Positions 38,729 to 48,757 of a DNA stretch of 64,000 nt are shown here, one piece after another. The position numbers were made by a program, and so were the translations under genes. The notes beneath the pieces are model-generated. The model was not told where the DNA came from. It worked only from the letters and a program-made list of their open reading frames with translations, and ran no database searches. The DNA comes from Candidatus Latescibacterota bacterium. Its GTDB lineage: Bacteria > Latescibacterota > UBA2968. Location of the stretch: the NCBI GenBank assembly GCA_965204745.1, contig OZ242010.1:5418116-5482115 (forward strand), written 5' to 3'. The stretch's first letter is position 1. Each line of letters begins with the position of its first letter.

Positions 38729-41700
38729 ATGGCATCGGATGATCGGGATTTTTCTCGCACGTTTGAGATAACGACTCGGCGGCCCGTGGCGATTTTTATG
38801 GTAGTGCTCGCGGTCGCCGTATTCGGGTACGTGTCGTATCAGCAGTTGCCGCTGAATATGATGCCCGATATTTCGTATCCCACCTTGACCGTGCGGACGG
38901 AATATCCCGATACCGCGCCCGAAGAAGTTGAAAATTTGATCTCGAGGCCGATTGAACAGCGCCTTGGGGTGGTGAGCAATCTGGTGGGCATTACGTCGAT
39001 TTCTAGGCCCGGCCTGTCCGATGTGATTTTGGAGTTCGGCTGGGATACGGATATGAATGACGCGGTGCAAACCGTGCGCGAAAATCTCGACCGCCTCAAT
39101 TTGCCGCGCGGGGTCAATCGGCCATTGATTTTGCGCTACGACCCCACGCAAGACCCGATTATGCGCGTGGGGATTTACGGCAAGAGAAATATGTACGTGT
39201 TGCGCCACATCGCCGAAGAGGAAATCAAGCAGGAATTGGAGGCCCTCAAGGGCGTGGCCGCGGCCCGCGTCAAAGGCGGGCTGGAAGAGGAAATTCGAGT
39301 CGAGATCAGCGAGCGGCAGTTGGCGATGATGGGCCTGAATATCAACACCATCAACCGGCGGTTGCAAGAGGAAAACGTCAACCTCGCGGGCGGCAGTTTG
39401 CTGGACGGACAAACGCAGTACCTCGTGCGGACCCTGAATGAATTTCGCACCATTGACGAGATCGCCAATTTGGTGGTGGGCAGCCGCGGGGACGTGGAAA
39501 TTCGCGTGAAAGACGTGGGGCGGGTGTATCGCACGCACAAAGAGCGGGAGATCATCACCCGGGTCAATGGCACGGAAAGCGTGGAGATCGAGATTTTTAA
39601 GGAGGCGGACGCCAATATCGTGGCGACAGCGCAGCGCGTGCGCGACCGCCTCTTTGGCACGCCCGAGCAACTGGCGTACGTCGCCAAGCTCAGAGGCGGC
39701 GAGATCGAACGGGCCGCTGCCAGTGACCGGCGCGAGCAGGTGCGGCAATTCGTGCAGATGAAGGAGATGACGAGTTTTATCGCCTTTACACTGCCCGAAG
39801 GCGTGGCGATGGAGTTGTTGTCCGATCAATCCACGTTCATCGAATCGTCTGTGAACGAGGTCAAGCAAACCGCGCTGTTGGGCGGTGGATTGGCGATTTT
39901 GGTCTTGTACATTTTTCTTCGCAACCCATCGCACACCGCAATCGTGGGCCTGGCCATCCCCATTTCCATCGTGGCGACATTCGCGCCGATGAACATTTTT
40001 GGCGTGTCCCTCAATATCATGTCCTTGGGCGGGCTCGCGCTCGGCATTGGGATGTTGGTCGATAATGCCATCGTGGTCTTGGAGAGCATTTTCCGATGCC
40101 GCGAAGAAGGCGACGATATGATCGCGGCCACCATCCGAGGCACCGGGGAAGTCGGCGGCGCCGTGGTTGCCTCCACCCTGACGACTGTGGCGGTGTTTTT
40201 CCCCATCGTGTTTGTCGAGGGCGTGGCCGGGCAGATTTTTGGCGATATGGCCCTCACGGTCGTGTTTTCGCTCGTGGCGTCTTTGGGGGTGGCGCTGTTT
40301 TTTATTCCCATGCTGGCTTCGCGGCAGGTGCATCTATGGCGCGGCGACGGGCAAGGCGATTCCACGCGGTTGACGGGTTCGGCCATTTTGCAACTGCGTT
40401 CTGTCGCGTGGTTGAGCGAGGGCATGGGGCTTCGGAAAAGGGGCGAGGACGCGCTCAAGTACCACGCCGCGAATTTGGGCGCGCTGGTGGGCCGCGTGCC
40501 CCTCGGCTTTGTCTATGTGGTGGGCGAATACGGCGGCCGGGCCTTGTGGATCGCCGCTGCGCTAGGCGTGGTCGCGCTCAAAGCCACGGTCGCGCTTTTG
40601 GCGGTGGCGCTCTTTCCGATCATCTATCCCGGCTGGTGGTTCTATTGCTGGTTGAGTTCCGGGCCCACGTGGCGCGAGGATGCGCGCAGGCTGTGGGCCG
40701 GGCTATGCGCGTGGGCACAGGGCCGCGATCTGTTCGGCAGTGCTTGGGTGCGCCTGATTTGGGACGATTTGTTGGCCTTTGTGGCGCCGCAAAATTTGGG
40801 GCGCGACCTCGGCGTGCAAATGCGATGGACCGCGCGTGCGATCAAGCAGATGTTCCAATGGGCTTTGCGCGGGGCCATGGGGTTGCGCGTTTTGAAAATC
40901 GCGCCGGCCCTGGTGGGCGCGGTGGGCGTTTCGCTGCTGGTCGCGCTCGGCCCGGTGTATTTTATTTCTCGGTTTCTGATTTTTATGACGCTCATGATGC
41001 TCGGCAAACTGCTGGTGCTCGCGCTCTTGTTTGTGTTTTTGACAGGCCTGGTCGCGCTGGTGGTGCTCGCGCTCATCGCACTGCCCATTCTCGCGCCGGT
41101 GCTGTTTTTGTTTGAACGCGGGTTTGACGCCATTCGCCGCGCGTACACGCCGTTTATCCGCTGGGCACTGCACAACCGATTGAGCATCGTGGCGGGCGCG
41201 GTGTTGCCGTTTGCAATCTGCTGGCTGGTACTGTTGCCCCGGTTGGGCAACGAATTGATCCCGCAGGTGCATCAGGGGGAATTTAATGTGGATGTGGCCC
41301 TGCCCGTGGGCACGCCCCTCGAGACGACCGACGAGACCCTCGCGCTCATCGAATCGCGGGTGATGGCTACGGCTGATGTCGGCGCGATTTCCGCGACTGT
41401 GGGCGTGGATAAAACCGATATCTCATCGTCTGACCAGGGCGAGCACACCGGGGTGATTTCCGTGGTGCTCAAAGAGATCGAATCCGATGAAGGGGAAAGC
41501 GCGCCGGCGCGTTGGGCGCAGTATTTCGCGGCATTGCCCGGCCGGATCTGGGGCGGCATCCGAGGCGAGAGCGTTTTGGCACAGCGCGAAGACGCATTGA
41601 TGGCCGAGTTGCGGAGCAGGCTGTCGGATTTGCCGCAGATCAAGGCGGATTTTTCCCGGCCCGCGCTGTTCAGTTTTAAGACCCCGGTGGAGGTGGAAAT

Positions 41701-42739
41701 TCGCGGGTACGATTTGCCGACCCTGACGCGATTGGGCCGCGAGGCCGAGCGCGTGTTGACCGAGATTCCCATGCTCTACGATGTGAAATCGAGTCTCCAG
41801 CGCGGCAACCCCGAGGTGCAGATCGTGTACAACCGAGATGTTTTGGCAAAGTACAATTTGAACGTGCGATCCGTGGCGTCGCTAGTGCGCGAGAAGGTGC
41901 AGGGCAATGTGGTCACGCGCTTTCGGGAAGCGGACAGGCGCATCGACGTGCTGGTGCGCGTGGATGAGGCGGACCGCACAGGGGTGTCGGATTTGCGGCG
42001 GCTGGTGGTGAACCCGGGCCGGCGAGTACCCATTCGCCTCTCCTCGGTAGCCGATATCGAGGTTCACGAAGGCCCGAGTGAAATTCGGCGGATCGATCAA
42101 CAGCGCGCGGTGCTGATTTCGGCCAATGTGAGCGGCATAGATTTGGGCACGATGACCGCGATGATTCAGCAGGGGTTAGAGACCATAGACGTGCCCCCGG
42201 ATGTGTCGATGGTGATCGGCGGACAAAACAAGGAGATGGAGACCTCGCTGGACAGTTTGACGTTCGCGCTGGGCTTGGCGATTTTCTTGGTGTACATTGT
42301 GATGGCTTCGCAATTTGAGTCCTTTCTCCACCCGTTTGTGATTATGTTCAGCATTCCGCTCGCGCTCATCGGCGTGATTGTCATGTTGTATGTCATCGGC
42401 ATTCCCCTCTCGGTGGTGGTCTTTTTGGGCATTATTATGCTGGCGGGCATCGTGGTGAACAACGCCATTGTGCTCGTGGATTATATCAACCACCTGCGGC
42501 GCAGTGGCTCGTCCAAGATCGAGGCGATTGTGCAGGCCGGCGAAGTGCGGTTGCGCCCGATTTTGATGACCACGTCGACCACGGTGCTGGGCCTGTTGCC
42601 GATGGCACTCGGCTTGGGCGATGGCGCGGAAATCCGCACGCCCATGGCGATTACCGTCGTGGCCGGGCTGATCAGTTCCACGATTTTAACGCTGGTGATC
42701 ATCCCAACGGTGTATTCCCTGATGGACCGCGGGGAGTGA
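38729..42739 (+). CDS. RND efflux permease (AcrB/AcrD/AcrF family) with a large central hydrophobic insertion
   Basis: GMLVDNAIVVLE, GIVVNNAIVLVD, RLRPILMT; about 1336 aa. Confidence 0.93.
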   Translation: MASDDRDFSRTFEITTRRPVAIFMVVLAVAVFGYVSYQQLPLNMMPDISYPTLTVRTEYPDTAPEEVENLISRPIEQRLGVVSNLVGITSISRPGLSDVILEFGWDTDMNDAVQTVRENLDRLNLPRGVNRPLILRYDPTQDPIMRVGIYGKRNMYVLRHIAEEEIKQELEALKGVAAARVKGGLEEEIRVEISERQLAMMGLNINTINRRLQEENVNLAGGSLLDGQTQYLVRTLNEFRTIDEIANLVVGSRGDVEIRVKDVGRVYRTHKEREIITRVNGTESVEIEIFKEADANIVATAQRVRDRLFGTPEQLAYVAKLRGGEIERAAASDRREQVRQFVQMKEMTSFIAFTLPEGVAMELLSDQSTFIESSVNEVKQTALLGGGLAILVLYIFLRNPSHTAIVGLAIPISIVATFAPMNIFGVSLNIMSLGGLALGIGMLVDNAIVVLESIFRCREEGDDMIAATIRGTGEVGGAVVASTLTTVAVFFPIVFVEGVAGQIFGDMALTVVFSLVASLGVALFFIPMLASRQVHLWRGDGQGDSTRLTGSAILQLRSVAWLSEGMGLRKRGEDALKYHAANLGALVGRVPLGFVYVVGEYGGRALWIAAALGVVALKATVALLAVALFPIIYPGWWFYCWLSSGPTWREDARRLWAGLCAWAQGRDLFGSAWVRLIWDDLLAFVAPQNLGRDLGVQMRWTARAIKQMFQWALRGAMGLRVLKIAPALVGAVGVSLLVALGPVYFISRFLIFMTLMMLGKLLVLALLFVFLTGLVALVVLALIALPILAPVLFLFERGFDAIRRAYTPFIRWALHNRLSIVAGAVLPFAICWLVLLPRLGNELIPQVHQGEFNVDVALPVGTPLETTDETLALIESRVMATADVGAISATVGVDKTDISSSDQGEHTGVISVVLKEIESDEGESAPARWAQYFAALPGRIWGGIRGESVLAQREDALMAELRSRLSDLPQIKADFSRPALFSFKTPVEVEIRGYDLPTLTRLGREAERVLTEIPMLYDVKSSLQRGNPEVQIVYNRDVLAKYNLNVRSVASLVREKVQGNVVTRFREADRRIDVLVRVDEADRTGVSDLRRLVVNPGRRVPIRLSSVADIEVHEGPSEIRRIDQQRAVLISANVSGIDLGTMTAMIQQGLETIDVPPDVSMVIGGQNKEMETSLDSLTFALGLAIFLVYIVMASQFESFLHPFVIMFSIPLALIGVIVMLYVIGIPLSVVVFLGIIMLAGIVVNNAIVLVDYINHLRRSGSSKIEAIVQAGEVRLRPILMTTSTTVLGLLPMALGLGDGAEIRTPMAITVVAGLISSTILTLVIIPTVYSLMDRGE

Positions 42740-42922
42740 GCGCGCCCCTCTGTTGTTAGATGCGGCGTCCTTTTTTTGTCGAATTTTCGCAATTTTCCGT
42801 CTGACTCAATTTTTTTGTGGCAACACAAGCAGATACTTGGTAACTTTTTGGGCGTTTTTTCGTCTAATCGTTTTAGAGAATTGGTTGGACATCATTTTGT
42901 TGGAAATTATGGAGATTGAACA

Positions 42923-44299
42923 ATGGGATTTGTGAGACATATCGCAGTGTTGGCAATCGCGGTTATGGGTGTACAGGCAAGCGCCCAAGAGCCACAGCGG
43001 GAGATGCGCCTGACCTTGGGCGAATGCGTGGAGATCGCGTTGACGAATAATGCACAGATCGAGCAGGATAGGTACACGGTTGCGATTTCCGAGACCCAAG
43101 TCGATAATGTGCGGAATGGGTTTTTTCCATCGACTTCCACTGTGTCGTGGGGAATCAGCAGGGGGGTGCAGGGGCCGCGCGAAGGCCAAGTTTTAGATCA
43201 GACGACGGGCACGCTGGTGCAGTTGTTGGGGGAAGACCGCATTACGGGCGGGCAGAATGTCCGGGTCGGCGGCTTGTCCATGCCGATTTACAACGGGCAA
43301 CTCATCTCCCAACTTTCGGGCGCGAAGAAATCCCTGATGCAGGCGCAAATGCAGCAAATCGGCAACCGCAAGGACATTGTTTTCCAAACCAAACAGCGGT
43401 ACTTTCAGTTGTTGCAAGCCATCAAACTCTTGGAATTGCAACAAGAGCGCGTGCGGGTTTCCGAAGAAAGCCTGCGCCGTGCAGAGACCCTGTACGAGAT
43501 CGGCTCCGCTGCCATCTTGCAGGTGGCGAACGCAAAGTCGAATTTGGCTGTTACGCGCGCGATTCTGATTCAGCGAGAAAACGATGTGAGTCTCGCGCGG
43601 TTGAATTTGGCATTTACAATGGGCCTGGGCACGGATGTGGATGTGATTCCAGCCGAAGAAGAGTTTGAGTTGTTGCCGCTGAAGTATTCTTATCGGGACG
43701 CGCTGAATCTCGCGCTCAAAGAACACCCCGACATTCTGGACAGCAAGTACGGGATGCTGGCGGCCCGAGACAATTACAATGCGACTCGGAAGGGGTTGTA
43801 CCATCCCCGAATTACGATGAGCACGAGTGCGTATAGCTGGAGCATTGGCAGGGATGAGGAATTTGGCGGTTTGGAAGACCTGTTCCTCAAGAACTACAAC
43901 TATAGCTTCAGTATCAACGCGAGCATTCCCCTGTTCAATTTTAATACGAGCAATACCCTCAGGCGGCAAAAGCTCCAGTATTTGCGAAGCCAAGAGCAGT
44001 TGGATCAGACCAAACGGCTGCGGGCATTGAATATCCGCCAGCGGTACCTCAACTTGGAGCGGTATCGGCGTTTGGTCGAAGCCAGTGAAGTGGCTGTGGA
44101 GGCGGCTGAGGAGAATTTTAAGTTGGAAGAAGAGCGGTATAATTTTGGTGGCGGGACCTTTCTCGAGCGGTTGACTGCACAACGCGATTTGTTCGATTCG
44201 CGCAATGATTTGGTGCAGTCAAAATACAACTATTTGATCGAGATGGCGAATTTGGAAAATCAAGTCGGCACGGCTGTTGCCGGAACAGTTAAAAAATAA
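42923..44299 (+). CDS. TolC-family outer membrane efflux protein
   Basis: Signal peptide, LTLGECVEIAL.NN, two OEP-like repeats; follows the MFP and RND genes. Confidence 0.88.
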   Translation: MGFVRHIAVLAIAVMGVQASAQEPQREMRLTLGECVEIALTNNAQIEQDRYTVAISETQVDNVRNGFFPSTSTVSWGISRGVQGPREGQVLDQTTGTLVQLLGEDRITGGQNVRVGGLSMPIYNGQLISQLSGAKKSLMQAQMQQIGNRKDIVFQTKQRYFQLLQAIKLLELQQERVRVSEESLRRAETLYEIGSAAILQVANAKSNLAVTRAILIQRENDVSLARLNLAFTMGLGTDVDVIPAEEEFELLPLKYSYRDALNLALKEHPDILDSKYGMLAARDNYNATRKGLYHPRITMSTSAYSWSIGRDEEFGGLEDLFLKNYNYSFSINASIPLFNFNTSNTLRRQKLQYLRSQEQLDQTKRLRALNIRQRYLNLERYRRLVEASEVAVEAAEENFKLEEERYNFGGGTFLERLTAQRDLFDSRNDLVQSKYNYLIEMANLENQVGTAVAGTVKK

Positions 44300-44311
44300 A
44301 TGGAGGCGGTT

Positions 44312-44767
44312 ATGGGTATGTTTTTTCGAATCGGTACCGGATTGGTTGCGATGGCCTTGCTCCTGAGCGTGGCAGTGCCCGCTCAAGCCGTAGGGAGGGA
44401 TTTTTTGTTGCGGTCAAAATTCCACGGCGCGCTGATGTTGGGGTTGGGCGGTCTTCTGATTAAAGAAGCGGTTGACGCAAAAAAGGAGGCCAATGACACC
44501 TACGATCTGTACAAGCAGGCAGGCACTGCTACCTCAGCGCGCGATCTGTACGATAGTTCCAAGCGTCACGACACCCGCGCTGCTGTGTTGGGCGTTTTGG
44601 GCGGTGCAGCGATTCTCTATTCCGTGCATTTGTTCATCAAAGAGGACGCGGATTTGCCACCGCCCAAGCTGAACCGGGGACTCGTCAATATCAAGGGCGT
44701 GGCATTGGATGTGAAGGGCGATGTGTTCCAACGAAAGATGCAGGTGCAGTTAAAAAAAGGGTTCTGA
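44312..44767 (+). CDS. Hypothetical exported/membrane protein
   Basis: RBS GGAGG, signal peptide, hydrophobic segments, terminal Phe. Confidence 0.75.
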   Translation: MGMFFRIGTGLVAMALLLSVAVPAQAVGRDFLLRSKFHGALMLGLGGLLIKEAVDAKKEANDTYDLYKQAGTATSARDLYDSSKRHDTRAAVLGVLGGAAILYSVHLFIKEDADLPPPKLNRGLVNIKGVALDVKGDVFQRKMQVQLKKGF

Positions 44768-44792
44768 TGGTTGCAACAAAAGGACGAAAAGC

Positions 44793-44832
44793 AAAAGGAC
44801 GATACGGATGAGGTATCGTCCTTTTTTGTTTT
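44793..44832 (+). terminator. Rho-independent terminator
   Basis: AAAAGGACGATAC/GTATCGTCCTTTT stem with T-tail. Confidence 0.8.
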
Positions 44833-44923
44833 TTTCTGAAAAAGTGGACACGGGTAACAAAACACCTTATACTCGATAGCGGTAGCGAGGGCGGATCAGC
44901 GGGCATTTGTGGAGGGTTGAGGG

Positions 44924-45418
44924 ATGCCATCGGGCAAGACGCATACGCGAATCGATCTGTGTTGTCTCGCGGTGATTCTGGGGACAGGTGCTGTTTTTTG
45001 GGGGCATCTCGTCCGATTTTTTGGGCGCGATGCAATGGTCGAATACGCGGTTGTTTTTGTGGCGGCCTATTTGTTCGGCACGTTTTTGCTGTCGCCCGAT
45101 CTGGATTTGAAGAAGAGCGATCCACTGAAAAACTGGGGGATTTTGCGCTGGCTGTGGCGGCCCTATGCCCGTTTTTTTAAGCACCGGGGGATTTCCCACA
45201 TGCCGCTTGTGGGAATGATGACCCGGGTGATTTATCTGCTCGCGGTGGTGGGCGTGCTCGCCATTGCGGCCAACGCATTTTTGAATTTAGGCTGGACGCT
45301 ATCGTCGGACGATTTGAAGCAGATCGATCTCATGATGGTTTTGTGGGCATTTGCCGGGCTGTGTTTGCCGGACCTGTTTCACATCGCGGCGGATCACACG
45401 CTCAAAAACCCCCGGTGA
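44924..45418 (+). CDS. DUF2227 putative metal-binding membrane protein
   Basis: MPSGKTH, LSPDLDL, W.PY..F.HRG.SH, H..AD. Confidence 0.88.
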   Translation: MPSGKTHTRIDLCCLAVILGTGAVFWGHLVRFFGRDAMVEYAVVFVAAYLFGTFLLSPDLDLKKSDPLKNWGILRWLWRPYARFFKHRGISHMPLVGMMTRVIYLLAVVGVLAIAANAFLNLGWTLSSDDLKQIDLMMVLWAFAGLCLPDLFHIAADHTLKNPR

Positions 45419-45438
45419 TTTTGGCAGAGGAAATTGAA

Positions 45439-46224
45439 TTGGCAAAGAAACGCAAAAAGTTTTCCGTGCTGGTCATTCCAGACGACGGTTCAAAGAGCTT
45501 CGAGTTTCAATTCAGTTATTCCCTGCTGTGGGTGATGGGCGTCGTCTTGGTCTTTTCGCTGTATATGGTCTTTGCCGGCTTTGGGTTTTTCTTACAAGCC
45601 AGATCTTGGGAACACGCCGCACAAACTCGTGAACGGGACAATGCACGCCTGCGTGCCGATGTTGCCCGCGTGGATGAATTGGCACAACTGGTGACGCACA
45701 TGAAGGCCGGAGAGCAACAACTGCGTTCCGTGTTGGCGAGCCACATCAACTTGCCGCCCGCGCCTTATGAAACGCGATCTGCGGAGGTCGCAACGCTGTT
45801 AGAACGACCGTCTGTTAGACGAGACAGCCATTGGCGCCCCGCGATCTGGCCCATATCGCCTGCGGTGGGATGGATAATGCGCGGGTTTGAGTTGGCAGAG
45901 GGCATCGTCCAAACGCGCCATTTCGGGATCGATATCGCCGCGGTTGTGGGAACGCCCGTGCGGGCCACCGCCGACGGGCAGGTAAAATTCGCAGGTGCGG
46001 ACCCGGCGTTGGGCTATCTGTTGGTTATCGATCACGGGGGGATTTATACGACTCGGTACGGCAACAATGGCATACTGCTGGTCAAGGCGGGCACGCGGGT
46101 TCGGCAAGGGCAATACATCGCGCTGGTGGGCAGTTCCGGGCGCGGTACGCCGCCCCATTTGCACTACGAGGTGATTGAATCGGGCAGGGCACGCGATCCG
46201 CGAGATTTTCTGCCAGAGGAATGA
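45439..46224 (+). CDS. M23 family peptidase with N-terminal TM and coiled coil
   Basis: HFGIDIA, PVRATADG, GSSGR.T.PHLHYEV; the usual YxH motif reads YGN. Confidence 0.88.
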   Translation: MAKKRKKFSVLVIPDDGSKSFEFQFSYSLLWVMGVVLVFSLYMVFAGFGFFLQARSWEHAAQTRERDNARLRADVARVDELAQLVTHMKAGEQQLRSVLASHINLPPAPYETRSAEVATLLERPSVRRDSHWRPAIWPISPAVGWIMRGFELAEGIVQTRHFGIDIAAVVGTPVRATADGQVKFAGADPALGYLLVIDHGGIYTTRYGNNGILLVKAGTRVRQGQYIALVGSSGRGTPPHLHYEVIESGRARDPRDFLPEE

Positions 46225-46264
46225 AGCGGGAGAAGGGAAGCGCGCGTTGATGACGCGCGTTTTT

Positions 46265-47566
46265 TTATTTCAAAACAGAGGCCTGATACCGCCCGCGAGG
46301 CAAGAGGCGGCGGGCATTGTGGTGGCTGAGTTTGACTTCCATGCACACGTCATTGCCTTTGTAGTCCGTGTGCAAAATTTCGCCGATGCGGTAGAGTTCG
46401 GACAGGAGTTTGCCCTCGCGTTGCGGGATTTGAACTTGGAGGGTCAGGCGGTCGCCCTCGAGGTGGTTGTAGATGGCCCAGCGCAGGTCGTCGAGGCCGT
46501 CGCCCGTTTCAGCGGAGATCCACACCGCGTCTGGATAGGTCGTTGCGAGGTGTTCGCGTCTGACCGAGTCGTGCAACAAGTCGCTTTTGTTGAACACCAT
46601 CATGGTCGGCAGGGCCGCCACGTCGAGTTCGCAGAGCACGTCGATGACCGTGGCGATGTGTTCTTCACAGGCCGGATGGCTGGCATCGACGAGGTGGATC
46701 AGCAGGTCCGCGCCGATAGCCTCTTCAAGCGTGCTGCGAAATGAGGCGACCAAATGGTGGGGGAGTTTTTTGATGAATCCGACCGTGTCGGAGAGGAGCA
46801 TCTCCCGGTTGTAGCCGAGGGAGACGCGCCGCGTGGTGGAGTCCAGCGTGGCAAAGAGGCGGTTTTCGATGGGGACATCGGCGCCGGAGAGGGCGCGCAT
46901 CAGGGTGGATTTGCCCGCGTTGGTATAGCCGACGAGGGCTACGCGAAAGAGGTCCGCGCGTTGTTTGCGGGCAATTTCGCGCTGTTTGGCGATGCGGCCG
47001 AGGGCGCGTTTGAGAACCGTGATGCGGCGATGCGTTGCGCGTCTATCCACTTCGAGCTGGGTTTCGCCCGGCCCGCGCGTGCCCACGCCGCCCGTGCCTC
47101 CGGTGCCGCCTGCTTGGCGCGACAGGTGCGTCCATTGCCGGGTCAATCGGGGCAACATGTAGATGAGTTGGGCCAACTCGACTTGGGTTTGCGCTTCGCG
47201 GGTCTTGGCGCGGCTGGCAAAGATGTCGAGGATGAGCCGGCTGCGGTCGATGATTTTGACTTCTATCAGGGTTTCGAGATTGCGGGTTTGCGCGGGCGAG
47301 AGGTCTTCGTCAAAGATGACGACCTGGGCGCGGTGTTCTGCGACTCGCTGGACGAGTTCTTCGGCTTTGCCGCGGCCAATGAGATAGGCGGGGTCCTTGT
47401 GCTGGCGTTCCTGAAGCACTTTTTCGGCGACCACAACCCCTGCGGTGTCCGCCAAGAGCGCGAGTTCGTCGAGGGTGTCTCGCGCTTCGCCGAGTGAGAC
47501 GCCGGGCAGTGCGAGGCCGACGAGGATGCCCCGCTCAGGAGCGCGTTCCTTTTTCAAGTCGTGCAT
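46265..47566 (-). CDS. hflX: GTPase HflX
   Basis: GPGETQLEVDRR, GYTNAGKST, LFATLD, DTVGFI, NKSD. Confidence 0.96.
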   Translation of the reverse strand: MHDLKKERAPERGILVGLALPGVSLGEARDTLDELALLADTAGVVVAEKVLQERQHKDPAYLIGRGKAEELVQRVAEHRAQVVIFDEDLSPAQTRNLETLIEVKIIDRSRLILDIFASRAKTREAQTQVELAQLIYMLPRLTRQWTHLSRQAGGTGGTGGVGTRGPGETQLEVDRRATHRRITVLKRALGRIAKQREIARKQRADLFRVALVGYTNAGKSTLMRALSGADVPIENRLFATLDSTTRRVSLGYNREMLLSDTVGFIKKLPHHLVASFRSTLEEAIGADLLIHLVDASHPACEEHIATVIDVLCELDVAALPTMMVFNKSDLLHDSVRREHLATTYPDAVWISAETGDGLDDLRWAIYNHLEGDRLTLQVQIPQREGKLLSELYRIGEILHTDYKGNDVCMEVKLSHHNARRLLPRGRYQASVLK

Positions 47567-47594
47567 AGCAAAAGTCTCTCAAAGTTGCAATGAA

Positions 47595-47804
47595 CATTGA
47601 AGTGAATCGAGGCAACCAAGCGGTACTTGTTACCGGCGATATTGAACACGACAAATTCTCCGACTTTGTCAGCCGAAGGAAAGGTGCGGCGCAATCGTGC
47701 AAAACTGTGAAATTGAGTCTGTCGCATGATCTTGAACCAGCGACTCAACGGCTCCTGACTGGCGGGATGCTGTGCCCAAAACACCCGGAGGGCATGATGT
47801 GCAT
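47595..47804 (-). pseudogene. higB: HigB toxin remnant (frameshifted N-terminus, truncated C-terminus)
   Basis: MHI... then FWAQHP...W...LRRTFPSADKVGEFVVFNIAGNKYRLVASIHFN; lacks the usual TH.EY tail and has no higA. Confidence 0.75.
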
Positions 47805-47923
47805 TTATTCAATACGCTTTCGTTGCCGATGGCGAGATCAGAGTATTGGGTCTTGATTTTCAGTCACGGCCTCTTATATTTTAATAGCAAATGGATATGA
47901 CCTTAAGCACAAGGATATTTGTT

Positions 47924-48148
47924 ATGGGGATCGCTAACTTGAAAGTCGAACTTCCCTTCAGTCTTTCTGGAGAGGAGGCAAAAGTTTTTCTCGCCATCAA
48001 ACTCTATGAAGTTGGCAAAGTGTCGCTTGGTCAGGCAGCAAAAATCGCTGGACATTCCAAACGCACCTTCATGGAGATGCTCGGACGCCATCGCGTTCCC
48101 GTCTTTGATTATTCTCCCGAAGAATTGCGGCAGGAGATCTGCCCGTGA
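47924..48148 (+). CDS. UPF0175 family protein (putative antitoxin)
   Basis: LAIKLYEVGKVSLGQAAKIAG.S...F.E.L. Confidence 0.87.
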   Translation: MGIANLKVELPFSLSGEEAKVFLAIKLYEVGKVSLGQAAKIAGHSKRTFMEMLGRHRVPVFDYSPEELRQEICP

Positions 48149-48594
48149 ACGAGCGCATCGCAACAGATAGCACATGTTTGATTGCGCTTGAACGAATCGG
48201 CCATCTCGAGATTCTGCCAGCCCTTTTTGAGCATGTCTTAATCCCACCGGCTGTGGCACGAGAATTTGGCATCTCCTTCCCGTGGTTAAGGGTAGAGAGC
48301 GTTTCTGATCAAACGCTAATTGTCGCATTGAAAATGATGATTGATGATGGCGAAGCAGAGGCCATTGCCTTGGCCCAAGATCAGAAATGCCGAATTATCT
48401 TGGATGACCGACAGGCACGCAGTGTGGGCAGAAACATGGGGCTTAGGGTGATTGGCACAGTCGGTATTTTGATTCTCGCTAAGAAAATGAAAATTCTATC
48501 CGCCATCAAGCCCGCGCTTCAAAATTTGGATGATACCGGATTCTATATCAGTGTTGCTTTGAAGAAAGAAGCTCTGCGCCTCACAAAAGAATAA
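48145..48594 (+). CDS. DUF3368 PIN-domain protein (putative toxin)
   Basis: DSTCLIAL, IPPAV, DGEAEAIALA, LDDRQAR, GTVGIL. Confidence 0.88.
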   Translation: MNERIATDSTCLIALERIGHLEILPALFEHVLIPPAVAREFGISFPWLRVESVSDQTLIVALKMMIDDGEAEAIALAQDQKCRIILDDRQARSVGRNMGLRVIGTVGILILAKKMKILSAIKPALQNLDDTGFYISVALKKEALRLTKE

Positions 48595-48667
48595 ACATAG
48601 AGAAGGTAAAACTCATATTTGTTTTAGGTGCTATACATTTTGCTATACATTTTAAGATGCAGAAACC

Positions 48668-48721
48668 AATGGGCGAACTGTTTTGGGGTTTTGCGAAGTT
48701 TAACAGTTCGCCCATTTTTTG
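48668..48721. terminator. Inverted repeat / bidirectional terminator between convergent genes
   Basis: AATGGGCGAACTGTT ... AACAGTTCGCCCATT followed by a T-run. Confidence 0.65.
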
Positions 48722-48757
48722 TTTGTCGAACACATTGAGGCAAAACTGCCCTGTGGA

